28,010 bases of DNA from a bacterium (GTDB taxonomy: Bacteria; Patescibacteriota; Minisyncoccia; JACQLN01). A program made the position numbers and the translations under genes. How positions within the stretch are numbered: the stretch's first letter is position 1; each line of letters starts with the position of its first letter. Below are positions 16,588 through 24,756 of this stretch, one piece after another. The notes below the pieces were generated by a model. It made no database searches and was not told the DNA's origin. It saw only the letters and a list, made by a program, of their open reading frames with translations. The stretch spans positions 1 through 28,010 of the forward strand of contig JAUYOU010000053.1 of NCBI GenBank assembly GCA_030697855.1. Reading direction: 5' to 3'.

Positions 16588-19229
16588 TATGGATTATTAC
16601 CATCACAAAAATCTTTTACAAAGTGATTTTTATAGAAATCATATATAAAAGCCGAGTAAATTAATTGGAAACGATTTTTATAATATTTTTCCCACTCACT
16701 ATCACCACCATCAATAGATGTTCGCTTTCTTTCTTCTGGATCAGATATCACTATGCCTAGTCTATTTAAGACATCTGTTTGTTGCTGACCTATTTTTAAT
16801 TGACGTTCTTCCATCTCGCCTTTTATAGATTCAGCATTAATATCCATAGCTTCAGCTACGGCTTGGGCTATCCCTAGCCCTAATTGAGTTGGGTCTATTT
16901 TTTCTTTGGTATATGGATCTCCTTGAATATTCTCATCTTTTTGTAGGTCGTTATCTATTTCCTCTATGGAAGCCAATACTAAACCTAGAGCCTTTTCTAT
17001 TCCCTTATTCCCGTTTTCAGGGTCTTCCAAGCCATGAATTTTTTGTTTAGCTCTTACTTGTTCTTCTGGGGTGCCACTACTTACTAAATCTTTTTGAGCT
17101 TGTAACCACGCATTTCTTGTGTTTCTTTGAGCTACTCGTAATTCGGTATAAGCATTTCTTAACGTGACATCATTATCTTTTTTGCCGTTCGATAACGCGT
17201 CATTGTAAGTTTTTATTTTTTTAACTAAATCAAATGTTCTGCCTGCGCGGTCGTAGTCCAACAACACCGATGTATAAAGGGCAATTTTAGGTTGGTTTGT
17301 TTTTACAAAACCCGAATCATTTTCTAACCCATCAATTGTTCCAGCGCTATTTTGAGACAGAGCGTCATAGGAATCTGCGATTTGTTGGTACTCTTCGCTT
17401 TTAGTATCAGCCCGGTACGCTTTATCTATAATGTTACTTTTAGTATCATCTATTGAATTTCTCGGACTAGCTTCAAATCTACTCTTTAGATTTTTTATAT
17501 AGCTATTGTCGTTCCCAAACCAACCAACAACAGCTCCGTCGGGATCATTAAATGGTAATGCATTTTTGTAGTCAGTAGTGTCGATGATTTTTGTTTCTAA
17601 TGAGTAATCAATGGCTTTGCAAGAATTTTTACCATTGTAAATATTGTTGTTTTCGGACAAATCGTCAAAAGTTACACTAATCGCTTTCCATACATCACTT
17701 AATTTTTGATTTACAGCTTTATTTGCTAGGTATATGCCAGGATTATTTTCTTCCTTATGAAAATCAACTCTATCTCCATAACTCGTATAGAAAAGAAAGT
17801 CCATTTCATCGGATAATTTTTTAAAATTTTCTCTACCTCTTAAACTTTCATTAACAATACCGTCTGAATAGTTTATTTTTTCACTATCATTAAATTTACC
17901 AGCAATAAGATCTAATCGATTTTGAAGCTTTGTTAGTTGGTTACTTCTGTTGGTTGTTAGTTTGGTGGTGTCAGATTTTAGCCTTTCTGCGGCAGTGCGC
18001 AAATCAATCATTTGGTTTTGTAAACTTATCGCCTCTGGACTTTCTAGTCCGGTAAGTTGCTGCACCGTCCCACTGTTTTTAGTTGATGGATTAAAAGATT
18101 GTGTATAAGAACCTCTCCCACTTTTCATATATGATAAACCTTCGCGCGCAGCTCTATTAATTGCTGCATCTAATACGGCATCTAGTATGGAGGCTATATC
18201 GTTGGCACCAATCAAACTATCTATCCCTAGTTTTTCTAAGCCACCCCCAACCCATTCGCCAACAATACTGCCTGGCGTAATAATTTCTTCTTTGCCGCAA
18301 GTCGCGCCAGGTCGAACATTTCCAGGTGGATCTATTGGCACAGTTGTAAATTCTCCTGTGGGTACAAGTCTAGATGTTGGTATGTTTACATCCGAAATAC
18401 TAATTCCAAGTTCGCCTGTAATTTGTGGCCAAATCGTCGCCCAGTCGTATTCAAAATTTGCTTCATTTAGTATATTTCTAGCCCCAGGAACATCCTCCAA
18501 AGTTACCTCTCTTAATGTTCCATCATTTTCATAAAATTCTAATGTATAGTGAGCATACTTTGCCACCGAACATTTCTTTTGGTCTAAAAACCCTTTGCCC
18601 GCCGATATTTTTGCTGTTGCGGTATTTCCTGCAATAGCTGTTTCTGCTCCAATAAGTTGCGAAGATGCTAAATATGTTCCAGGTAATGTGTTTCTAGTTT
18701 CGTGTAATTTTAACCATGTGGTCCATCCACCGTCCTCGAAGTTTTCTGCAAAGTTAGTTAAGTTATCTTTTATATCTCCTAAACTGCAACGTAACTGGTC
18801 TTCTTGTAGTAGTTTAGTTCTGTTTACTAAAAGTTGAACATTAGCTTTAAACGGAGAACAAATATCTGTACCATGTTGTGTAAAAAATTTATCTATACCA
18901 GACACAGCTGCATATTGAGCATTATCTTTAATAAATTTACCTGTGTCTGTTATAAATCTTGGTTCACCATTACCCTGCACCCAGTTAACCAAATCGTTTT
19001 GAATCTGGGTTAACATTCTTTTTTTTAGTTTTCTTAGTCCTGCTTCAGCCAGCTTTGTTCCTATTTGATACAGAATTCTAGGAATGTCTCCCATCGTTGT
19101 GTTAAACGTAATGTCTCCAACACCCAAAAAAGCATCAGCTGTTTTTACTGTAAAAGGCGAAACAAAATAAAACCCCATAAGGCTTACTAAAACAAAAGAG
19201 GAAACAATTTTTTTAAATCTGTTAGACAC
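16587..19229 (-). CDS. Large exported hypothetical protein of the T4SS-like cluster
   Basis: 880 aa; signal peptide (TADA|FL); DICSPF, FEDGGWTTW, GKGFLDQKKC and ITPGS motifs; coiled-coil-like C-terminal half. Confidence 0.75.
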   Translation of the reverse strand: MSNRFKKIVSSFVLVSLMGFYFVSPFTVKTADAFLGVGDITFNTTMGDIPRILYQIGTKLAEAGLRKLKKRMLTQIQNDLVNWVQGNGEPRFITDTGKFIKDNAQYAAVSGIDKFFTQHGTDICSPFKANVQLLVNRTKLLQEDQLRCSLGDIKDNLTNFAENFEDGGWTTWLKLHETRNTLPGTYLASSQLIGAETAIAGNTATAKISAGKGFLDQKKCSVAKYAHYTLEFYENDGTLREVTLEDVPGARNILNEANFEYDWATIWPQITGELGISISDVNIPTSRLVPTGEFTTVPIDPPGNVRPGATCGKEEIITPGSIVGEWVGGGLEKLGIDSLIGANDIASILDAVLDAAINRAAREGLSYMKSGRGSYTQSFNPSTKNSGTVQQLTGLESPEAISLQNQMIDLRTAAERLKSDTTKLTTNRSNQLTKLQNRLDLIAGKFNDSEKINYSDGIVNESLRGRENFKKLSDEMDFLFYTSYGDRVDFHKEENNPGIYLANKAVNQKLSDVWKAISVTFDDLSENNNIYNGKNSCKAIDYSLETKIIDTTDYKNALPFNDPDGAVVGWFGNDNSYIKNLKSRFEASPRNSIDDTKSNIIDKAYRADTKSEEYQQIADSYDALSQNSAGTIDGLENDSGFVKTNQPKIALYTSVLLDYDRAGRTFDLVKKIKTYNDALSNGKKDNDVTLRNAYTELRVAQRNTRNAWLQAQKDLVSSGTPEEQVRAKQKIHGLEDPENGNKGIEKALGLVLASIEEIDNDLQKDENIQGDPYTKEKIDPTQLGLGIAQAVAEAMDINAESIKGEMEERQLKIGQQQTDVLNRLGIVISDPEERKRTSIDGGDSEWEKYYKNRFQLIYSAFIYDFYKNHFVKDFCDGNNP

Positions 19230-20008
19230 TATTTTATTTTCGATAACTTATCGTATTCAAGTAATGTGCTTTGCCAAAATTCTCCTAGTGTTTCTGTATC
19301 ATTAAAAACAATCAACGTCTTTAGTGGATCGCTATCGCTATTTATTAACGATTCAAATATTTTTTGAAGCGAATAAGCTGTAACTATTATTTTTTTATGC
19401 GTTTCTAGTAAACCTTCCGGTGTTTTTGTTTTTGATAAATTTTCAAAGACCGTGCTTAGTTTAGAAACCTGTGATTCAAGACTGCTTACATCGGCTCCAT
19501 CTTCGGATAGTTTCTCGGGGTTTGTTTTTGAGAATTCTTTAAGTGCATTAAAAATTGTTATAGCGTCTTTGTTTGTATCTTTAAAATATTGAACCCTAGC
19601 TGTTTTAGAATCTTTAACTATTTTTAAAACAGAATTGGGTATCTCGGGAAACAAGTTTAGGTTGTTACCTCTTAAATAAGGAATAATGGTGCTCGCCAAG
19701 AAATCACTACTAGCTATTTTTTCGGCAGTGTTTTGATTTATACCACCACTTTCCGAGACTATGGTTTTTAAAAAATCATCTGTTAAATTTTTGTCTTCTG
19801 GCGCAACATAAGCATTCTGGCTTTCTTTTTCTTGCTCGTTAAGTGTTAAAAGTTCGGCCAATAGTTCGTCGCTAGATTTACCAGCAGATAACGGCGTAGA
19901 AGCTTCTTCTTCGCCATAGGTTACAGTTGTTCTTAAAACTAAATAAGCGCCGCCAATCAAACCCAGTAGGAATATTACGATGGTAATTGTTAGGAAACGT
20001 TTGGACAT
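19229..20008 (-). CDS. Single-TM anchored hypothetical protein
   Basis: N-terminal TM and helical ectodomain. Its TAG overlaps the GTG of the next gene. Confidence 0.75.
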   Translation of the reverse strand: MSKRFLTITIVIFLLGLIGGAYLVLRTTVTYGEEEASTPLSAGKSSDELLAELLTLNEQEKESQNAYVAPEDKNLTDDFLKTIVSESGGINQNTAEKIASSDFLASTIIPYLRGNNLNLFPEIPNSVLKIVKDSKTARVQYFKDTNKDAITIFNALKEFSKTNPEKLSEDGADVSSLESQVSKLSTVFENLSKTKTPEGLLETHKKIIVTAYSLQKIFESLINSDSDPLKTLIVFNDTETLGEFWQSTLLEYDKLSKIK

Positions 20009-20016
20009 TATATTAA

Positions 20017-20443
20017 AAGCTTTTTAGGTGTTAGCTTTCTAGCTTCTTAGTTTATTAACCATTGAATTTAACATTCTCATTACTTCGTCTAGCAGGGTAT
20101 CAACCTTTGAATAATTTAGAGGTGCTGTTTTCGGCAATCTCTTCGCTATTTCTATTTGAGTTTCTAATTCGCCTCCCGAAGCAAATGCAGTTAACAGGAA
20201 TTGTCTAAATTCTTTGCGGTAACCACGCATTCTACCCTCAGCGATGTTTGAGGGAACTGATACGGATGCCCGCCTCATTTGTGAAGTTAGTCCGAATATT
20301 TCTTCTCGGGGAAACTTTTCTGTTAACTCATAAATAGCCACAACTAACTCAAGCGATTTCTGCCAGACAATCAATTGTTTATATGAATGAATCAACACAG
20401 ATTTTTCTAGGAAGCTAATATCCTAGAAAGCTAATAAGCTATT
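20017..20443 (-). mobile_element. Palindrome-bounded four-helix-bundle cassette (filled form)
   Basis: Left arm ttagctttctagcttcttag (20031-20050) and right arm ctaggaagctaatatcctagaaagctaataagcta (20407-20441). An empty counterpart sits at 23297-23353. Confidence 0.6.
20039..20398 (-). CDS. Four helix bundle protein (S23/23S rRNA IVP, bAvd-like family)
   Basis: SYKQLIVWQKS, FPREEIFGLTSQMRRASVSVPSNIAEG, FLLTAFASGGELETQ. Confidence 0.95.
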   Translation of the reverse strand: MLIHSYKQLIVWQKSLELVVAIYELTEKFPREEIFGLTSQMRRASVSVPSNIAEGRMRGYRKEFRQFLLTAFASGGELETQIEIAKRLPKTAPLNYSKVDTLLDEVMRMLNSMVNKLRS

Positions 20444-20527
20444 CTAAATTTTAACACTAATAAATGCTTTTTACGCCCGCAAATTTATTAATGTTTTCCA
20501 CAGAAAAACGGCAAAAACATTAATAAA

Positions 20528-21325
20528 CTATAATAGTTTATATAATTCGATGAGTTCTTCTTTGCTTAGGTTTTGAGCGCGTATTTTTTTATCGAATTCT
20601 AGTTGTTTAAAAATATTTTCTATAGTTTCAAGTTTGGCAGAATTTGTTTTTCTAAGATTATTAAAAAGTGTTTGGCGAGGCTGTTTAAAGGCGTTGTGTA
20701 GAAAGGCTATGTATTTGCCTAGATCTATGTCTTTTGGCCAATCTTGTGGAATTATCCTTATAATTGCCGAATCTACCTCTGGCTTTGGCCAGAAGTTATC
20801 CTTACCAACCATAAACAAAACCTCTGTTTTGGCCATAAACTGCACAAAAGACGATAAAAAGTTAGCTTTTGGTGGGTTTGCTGTAATTCTTTCGGCTACC
20901 TCCTTTTGAACCATAAGGATTAATTCTAATGGTTTATTGGGCGAAAGTAGGAATTTTTGTATTAACTTACCCGTTAAATAGTAAGGAATATTGGCTATAA
21001 CCCTATAGGGCGATTTGATTGTTGTTTCGTCAAATTTTAAAATGTCTCCTTCAACAATTTTTAATTTTTCATTTTTAATTTTTAAATCTAGCAACGACGA
21101 CAGATTCTCATCTTTCTCTATCGCTACTACGTTTGCTCCAGCCTCCAATAACGCCACGGTTAAGTTTCCTGTTCCTGGTCCTACTTCTAAAATATGTTCC
21201 CCTTTTTTAATATTGGCTTCAGAAATAATACGTTCTATTATTTCTTCGGAAACTAAAAAATTTTGACCAAAGTGTTTAATAGGTTCTAAGTCTTTTTCTT
21301 TTAGTTCTTTTTTTGTTCGATTCAT
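20528..21325 (-). CDS. rsmA: 16S rRNA m6(2)A dimethyltransferase RsmA/KsgA
   Basis: KHFGQNFL, LEVGPGTGNLT, VIANIPYYLT, LMVQKEVAERI and FWPKPEVDSAII. Confidence 0.97.
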   Translation of the reverse strand: MNRTKKELKEKDLEPIKHFGQNFLVSEEIIERIISEANIKKGEHILEVGPGTGNLTVALLEAGANVVAIEKDENLSSLLDLKIKNEKLKIVEGDILKFDETTIKSPYRVIANIPYYLTGKLIQKFLLSPNKPLELILMVQKEVAERITANPPKANFLSSFVQFMAKTEVLFMVGKDNFWPKPEVDSAIIRIIPQDWPKDIDLGKYIAFLHNAFKQPRQTLFNNLRKTNSAKLETIENIFKQLEFDKKIRAQNLSKEELIELYKLL

Positions 21326-21360
21326 ACTTTAGGGTTTAGAAATTAGTGTTTTGGATTTTA

Positions 21361-23271
21361 TTATATATCCAAGACCTCGCCTTCAAATTGGTATTCTTCA
21401 AAATCAACCAGTCTTATTGGTATATCACCCAAAAAACGCGAAGGCAAGGCGGGTTCACTTTTTCCATAAATAGTTCTTCTTCGTGTAAAAACAAAATATG
21501 CTTTTTCTTTAGCTCGGGTTATACCAACATAAGCCAATCTCCTTTCTTCTTCCATTTGTGTTTGTTCGAACATGCTTCGAGAATGTGGTAATAGGCCTTC
21601 CTCGGCACCAATAATAAATACTACAGGGAATTCTAAGCCTTTAGCGGAATGTAACGTCATTAAATTTAATGTTCCGTTTTCTTCGGAAATATCGTCGGCA
21701 GAAGTTGTTAATGTTATTTCTTCTAAAAAAGAAGATAAACCTTCTTCTGTTTCTAAAATATCGAACTTAGTAGCTACAGTAATAAGTTCTAAAATATTTT
21801 CCCAGCGCGATTCGCCTTCTTCGGTGCCATCTACACAATAAGTTTTATAATCTATTTTTTCTAATAAAAATTTTATAAGTTCGGAAACTTTTTTGTTGGC
21901 CGATTCTTTTTTAATTTCACTAATTAAGGCAAGAAAGTTTTCAAACTTAGTGTGTTTAAAAGCAAGAATATATTCGGCTAAAAGAATTTGGTTGAGTGTG
22001 GTTTTGCCTATGCCACGTGGCGGAACATTAACAATTCTTTTTAAACTAATTAAATCTTTTTCGTTTTGGATAAAACGTAAGTAAGCAATAATATCTTTAA
22101 CTTCGCGCCTTTCGTAAAATTTAGTAGCCCCCACCATTCTATATGGCCAACCGGCGCGTATTACAGCTTCTTCTATGGCTCGGGATTGAGCATTGGTGCG
22201 GTAAAGAATAACAAAATCGTTTAGATCGCGCGCGATTTCTGGGTTTTTTCTTAGTACTTTCTTAATTTCTTCTGTTACAAAAAAACCTTCTTCGGTTTCA
22301 TTGTTTGTTTGAATTATTTTTATTTTTTCTCCTTCGCCGCGTTCGGTCCATAATTTTTTTTCTGTTTTAAAAACATTTTTTTCTATAACAGCGTGGGCCG
22401 CATCTAAAACATTTTGAGAGCTTCTGTAGTTTTCTTCTAAAAATATTATTTTAGTACCAGGGTAATCTTTTTCAAAATTAAGCATGTTTCTAAAATCGGA
22501 TCCTCTAAACAGATATATCGATTGCCAATCGTCACCCACCACACAAATATTTTTGTGTGTTTGGGCCAACATTTTTAACAAAGTATATTGAGCATGGTTA
22601 GTGTCTTGGTATTCGTCTACCAAAATATATTTAAATTGGTTTTGATATTTTTCTAGTACAGCTGGATTATTTTTTAATATTTTAACCAACAACAAAAGCA
22701 GGTCATCAAAATCTAAAGCATTAGCTTCTTTTAACCTACCCTCATATTTTTCGAAAACTTTGGCTATTATTTTTTCTCTAAAGTTTCCTGCTTTTTCGGC
22801 ATAAATCGTGGCATTAACAAGCTCGTTTTTTTGGCGCGATATTGCCGAATATATTCCATTTGCTTTAAATTGATCTGAATCTAAACCAAGTTCAGCAATA
22901 ATTTCTTTTAAAAGAGAAAGTACGTCGCTTACATCGTATATAACAAAATTTTTACCATAACCAATATTATCTATTTCTTTTCTTAAAATTCTTGCGGCAA
23001 AAGAATGAAACGTTCCCAAAAAAACCGACATATTTTTATTTTCGCCTAAAAGTTTTTGGACCCGGTTTTTCATTTCGCCCGCAGCTTTATTTGTAAAAGT
23101 TAAAGCCAGAATATTTTCTGGAGAAATTCCTTGTTCTATTAAATAGGCAATTCTATGAGTAAGGGCTTTGGTTTTTCCGCTGCCTGCGCCGGCAATTATT
23201 AAAACGGGACCATTTATAGTAGTTACCGCTTCGCGTTGTTCTTTGTTTAACGATTCTAGAATATTAGACAT
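21361..23271 (-). CDS. pcrA: UvrD/PcrA SF1A DNA helicase (compact form)
   Basis: AGAGSGKT, LTFTNKAA, LVDEYQDTN, VGDDWQSIY, LEENYRS, LMTLHSAKGLEF and EEERRLAYVGITRA. Confidence 0.95.
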   Translation of the reverse strand: MSNILESLNKEQREAVTTINGPVLIIAGAGSGKTKALTHRIAYLIEQGISPENILALTFTNKAAGEMKNRVQKLLGENKNMSVFLGTFHSFAARILRKEIDNIGYGKNFVIYDVSDVLSLLKEIIAELGLDSDQFKANGIYSAISRQKNELVNATIYAEKAGNFREKIIAKVFEKYEGRLKEANALDFDDLLLLLVKILKNNPAVLEKYQNQFKYILVDEYQDTNHAQYTLLKMLAQTHKNICVVGDDWQSIYLFRGSDFRNMLNFEKDYPGTKIIFLEENYRSSQNVLDAAHAVIEKNVFKTEKKLWTERGEGEKIKIIQTNNETEEGFFVTEEIKKVLRKNPEIARDLNDFVILYRTNAQSRAIEEAVIRAGWPYRMVGATKFYERREVKDIIAYLRFIQNEKDLISLKRIVNVPPRGIGKTTLNQILLAEYILAFKHTKFENFLALISEIKKESANKKVSELIKFLLEKIDYKTYCVDGTEEGESRWENILELITVATKFDILETEEGLSSFLEEITLTTSADDISEENGTLNLMTLHSAKGLEFPVVFIIGAEEGLLPHSRSMFEQTQMEEERRLAYVGITRAKEKAYFVFTRRRTIYGKSEPALPSRFLGDIPIRLVDFEEYQFEGEVLDI

Positions 23272-23277
23272 CACAAA

Positions 23278-23286
23278 ATTATAGCA
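23278..23286 (-). promoter_or_regulatory. Extended -10 promoter giving a probably leaderless pcrA mRNA
   Basis: TGCTATAAT, followed by 6 nt and ATG at 23271. Confidence 0.6.
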
Positions 23287-23296
23287 GATATAAATT

Positions 23297-23353
23297 AAGC
23301 TTCTTAGCTTTCTAGCTTCCTAGTAAGCTAATTCCTAAAAAGCTAAAAGCTAG
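23297..23353. repeat. Empty palindromic element matching both ends of the four-helix-bundle cassette
   Basis: 23304-23323 matches 20031-20050 at 19/20. 23325-23352 matches 20412-20441 with two 1-nt indels and one substitution. Confidence 0.9.
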
Positions 23354-23371
23354 TGCTTGTGGACTATTCGT

Positions 23372-23400
23372 TTGACCCAATGCCCCAAAAAAGCTAGTAT
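23372..23400 (+). promoter_or_regulatory. Putative sigma70 promoter upstream of the LysM/M23 gene
   Basis: TTGACC (23372-23377), a 17-nt spacer, then TAGTAT (23395-23400). Confidence 0.5.
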
Positions 23401-23590
23401 TTACCTATAACCCTGTCTTGCAGGGTTTTGTGCTTAAGTAAGCTTTCAAGCCAGTATTTAGCTATTTTGGGGTTAGAATTGTTATCTAAACCAAGGCTAG
23501 CCAAGTAAAGGTAAATATCCGATTAGTATTTGGTATAAAATTTTATCTTTTTTCGAAAATATTCTCGCTTCTCTAAAGAGCAAGCGAGCT

Positions 23591-24709
23591 TTGTTTTTAA
23601 GTTTTTCTTTATCTAAAAAACTGGTCTACACATCAGTTTTTTTGTTTATTTCACTTTTTACATCTATTTTATTATTTTCTGGTAATAATTCTGCCAGTCT
23701 AGATTCGGATAATAAAAATATTGTAGAAGAAATAGATACGGAAGACGAAAGTTTTATTAAAAAAATAATACCTCAAGAATCTCCAGTTACTTCGGCTATT
23801 CTTTTTGCTGGTAATTTAGAAAGTAAACTTAGCGGAATTTTTCGAGGAACAAATACAATTAATGCCTTAGGTGGTCCAGATGAAAGTTCTGTTGGTTTAG
23901 AAACTGTAGGCAATGCTTTAGTAGCTCAAGGTTCGGTGCTAGCCATAATTCCGGCGAGTGCAGAAAGTTCTGTTTCAGATGGAAATATACTTACTTACGA
24001 AGTTGAAGCTGGGGATAGCTTAGAATCTATAGCTGATGATTTTGGAATTTCTGTGGATACTTTGCTTAGTGCAAATAATTTACCTAAAGGGACTAAATTA
24101 AAGATTGGCGATAAAATTTCTATTTTGCCGGTTGACGGTGTGCGTCACACAGTAAAACTTGGAGATACCATTAAATCTATAGCTATAAAATACAATGCCG
24201 ATGAAGCTAGAATACTAGCTTTTAACGGTTTACCTGATGATGGCAGAATTGTTACGGGCCAAACTTTAACAATTCCTGGTGGAGAGTTTCATGTGCCAAT
24301 CAGCACAAAATATGCTCCAGCTCAAAGCCCTTCTCCTGATAGTTTGCCAAATATTGCTGGTTATTATGGACGCCCATCTAATGGGCGTGTAACTTTCGGT
24401 TTACATAGATTTAATGCTGTAGATATTGGTGGTCACGAATGGTGCAATACACCGCTTTATGCTTCGGCCGCAGGTACGGTTATTACAGCTGATGCTCAGG
24501 GCTGGAATGGAGGTTATGGCAGGTATATAAAAATTTCGCACGATAATGGCACCATTACTTTGTATGCTCACGCTTCGCAATTATTAATTGGTGAAGGCGT
24601 TAAAGTTAAAAAAGGCCAAACAATTGCCTTGATGGGTTCTACTGGCAATGCTACTGGTTGCCATGTTCACTTTGAAATTAGAGGCGCCAAAAATCCTTTT
24701 ACGAATTAA
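23591..24709 (+). CDS. LysM-LysM-M23 peptidoglycan endopeptidase
   Basis: N-terminal TM; two LysM repeats (YEVEAGDSLESIA, HTVKLGDTIKSIA); M23 motifs GLHRFNAVDIG, TLYAH and GSTGNATGCHVHFEIR. The start codon is uncertain. Confidence 0.92.
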   Translation: MFLSFSLSKKLVYTSVFLFISLFTSILLFSGNNSASLDSDNKNIVEEIDTEDESFIKKIIPQESPVTSAILFAGNLESKLSGIFRGTNTINALGGPDESSVGLETVGNALVAQGSVLAIIPASAESSVSDGNILTYEVEAGDSLESIADDFGISVDTLLSANNLPKGTKLKIGDKISILPVDGVRHTVKLGDTIKSIAIKYNADEARILAFNGLPDDGRIVTGQTLTIPGGEFHVPISTKYAPAQSPSPDSLPNIAGYYGRPSNGRVTFGLHRFNAVDIGGHEWCNTPLYASAAGTVITADAQGWNGGYGRYIKISHDNGTITLYAHASQLLIGEGVKVKKGQTIALMGSTGNATGCHVHFEIRGAKNPFTN

Positions 24710-24731
24710 ATAAAATTTTAATATAAAGTAA

Positions 24732-24756
24732 AAATCCCCGACATCGTCGGGGATTT
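24732..24756. terminator. Probable bidirectional terminator between convergent genes
   Basis: 11-bp stem aaatccccgac / gtcggggattt with a 3-nt loop and A/T flanks. Confidence 0.8.

Noticed and set aside
6741-20008. Integrative conjugative element or prophage
   Set aside because: No integrase, relaxase, att-like direct repeats or phage genes; the cluster is continuous with housekeeping rsmA and pcrA.
20039-20398. Diversity-generating retroelement (Avd-like protein)
   Set aside because: No reverse transcriptase and no TR/VR pair with adenine-specific mismatches were seen in the window.
20494-20502. Isolated DnaA-box match ttttccaca
   Set aside because: A single 9-mer is expected by chance in AT-rich DNA.
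23400-23590. Known riboswitch (c-di-AMP, c-di-GMP) or SRP/6S/tRNA gene
   Set aside because: No diagnostic consensus was recognised by eye; it is retained only as an unassigned structured leader.
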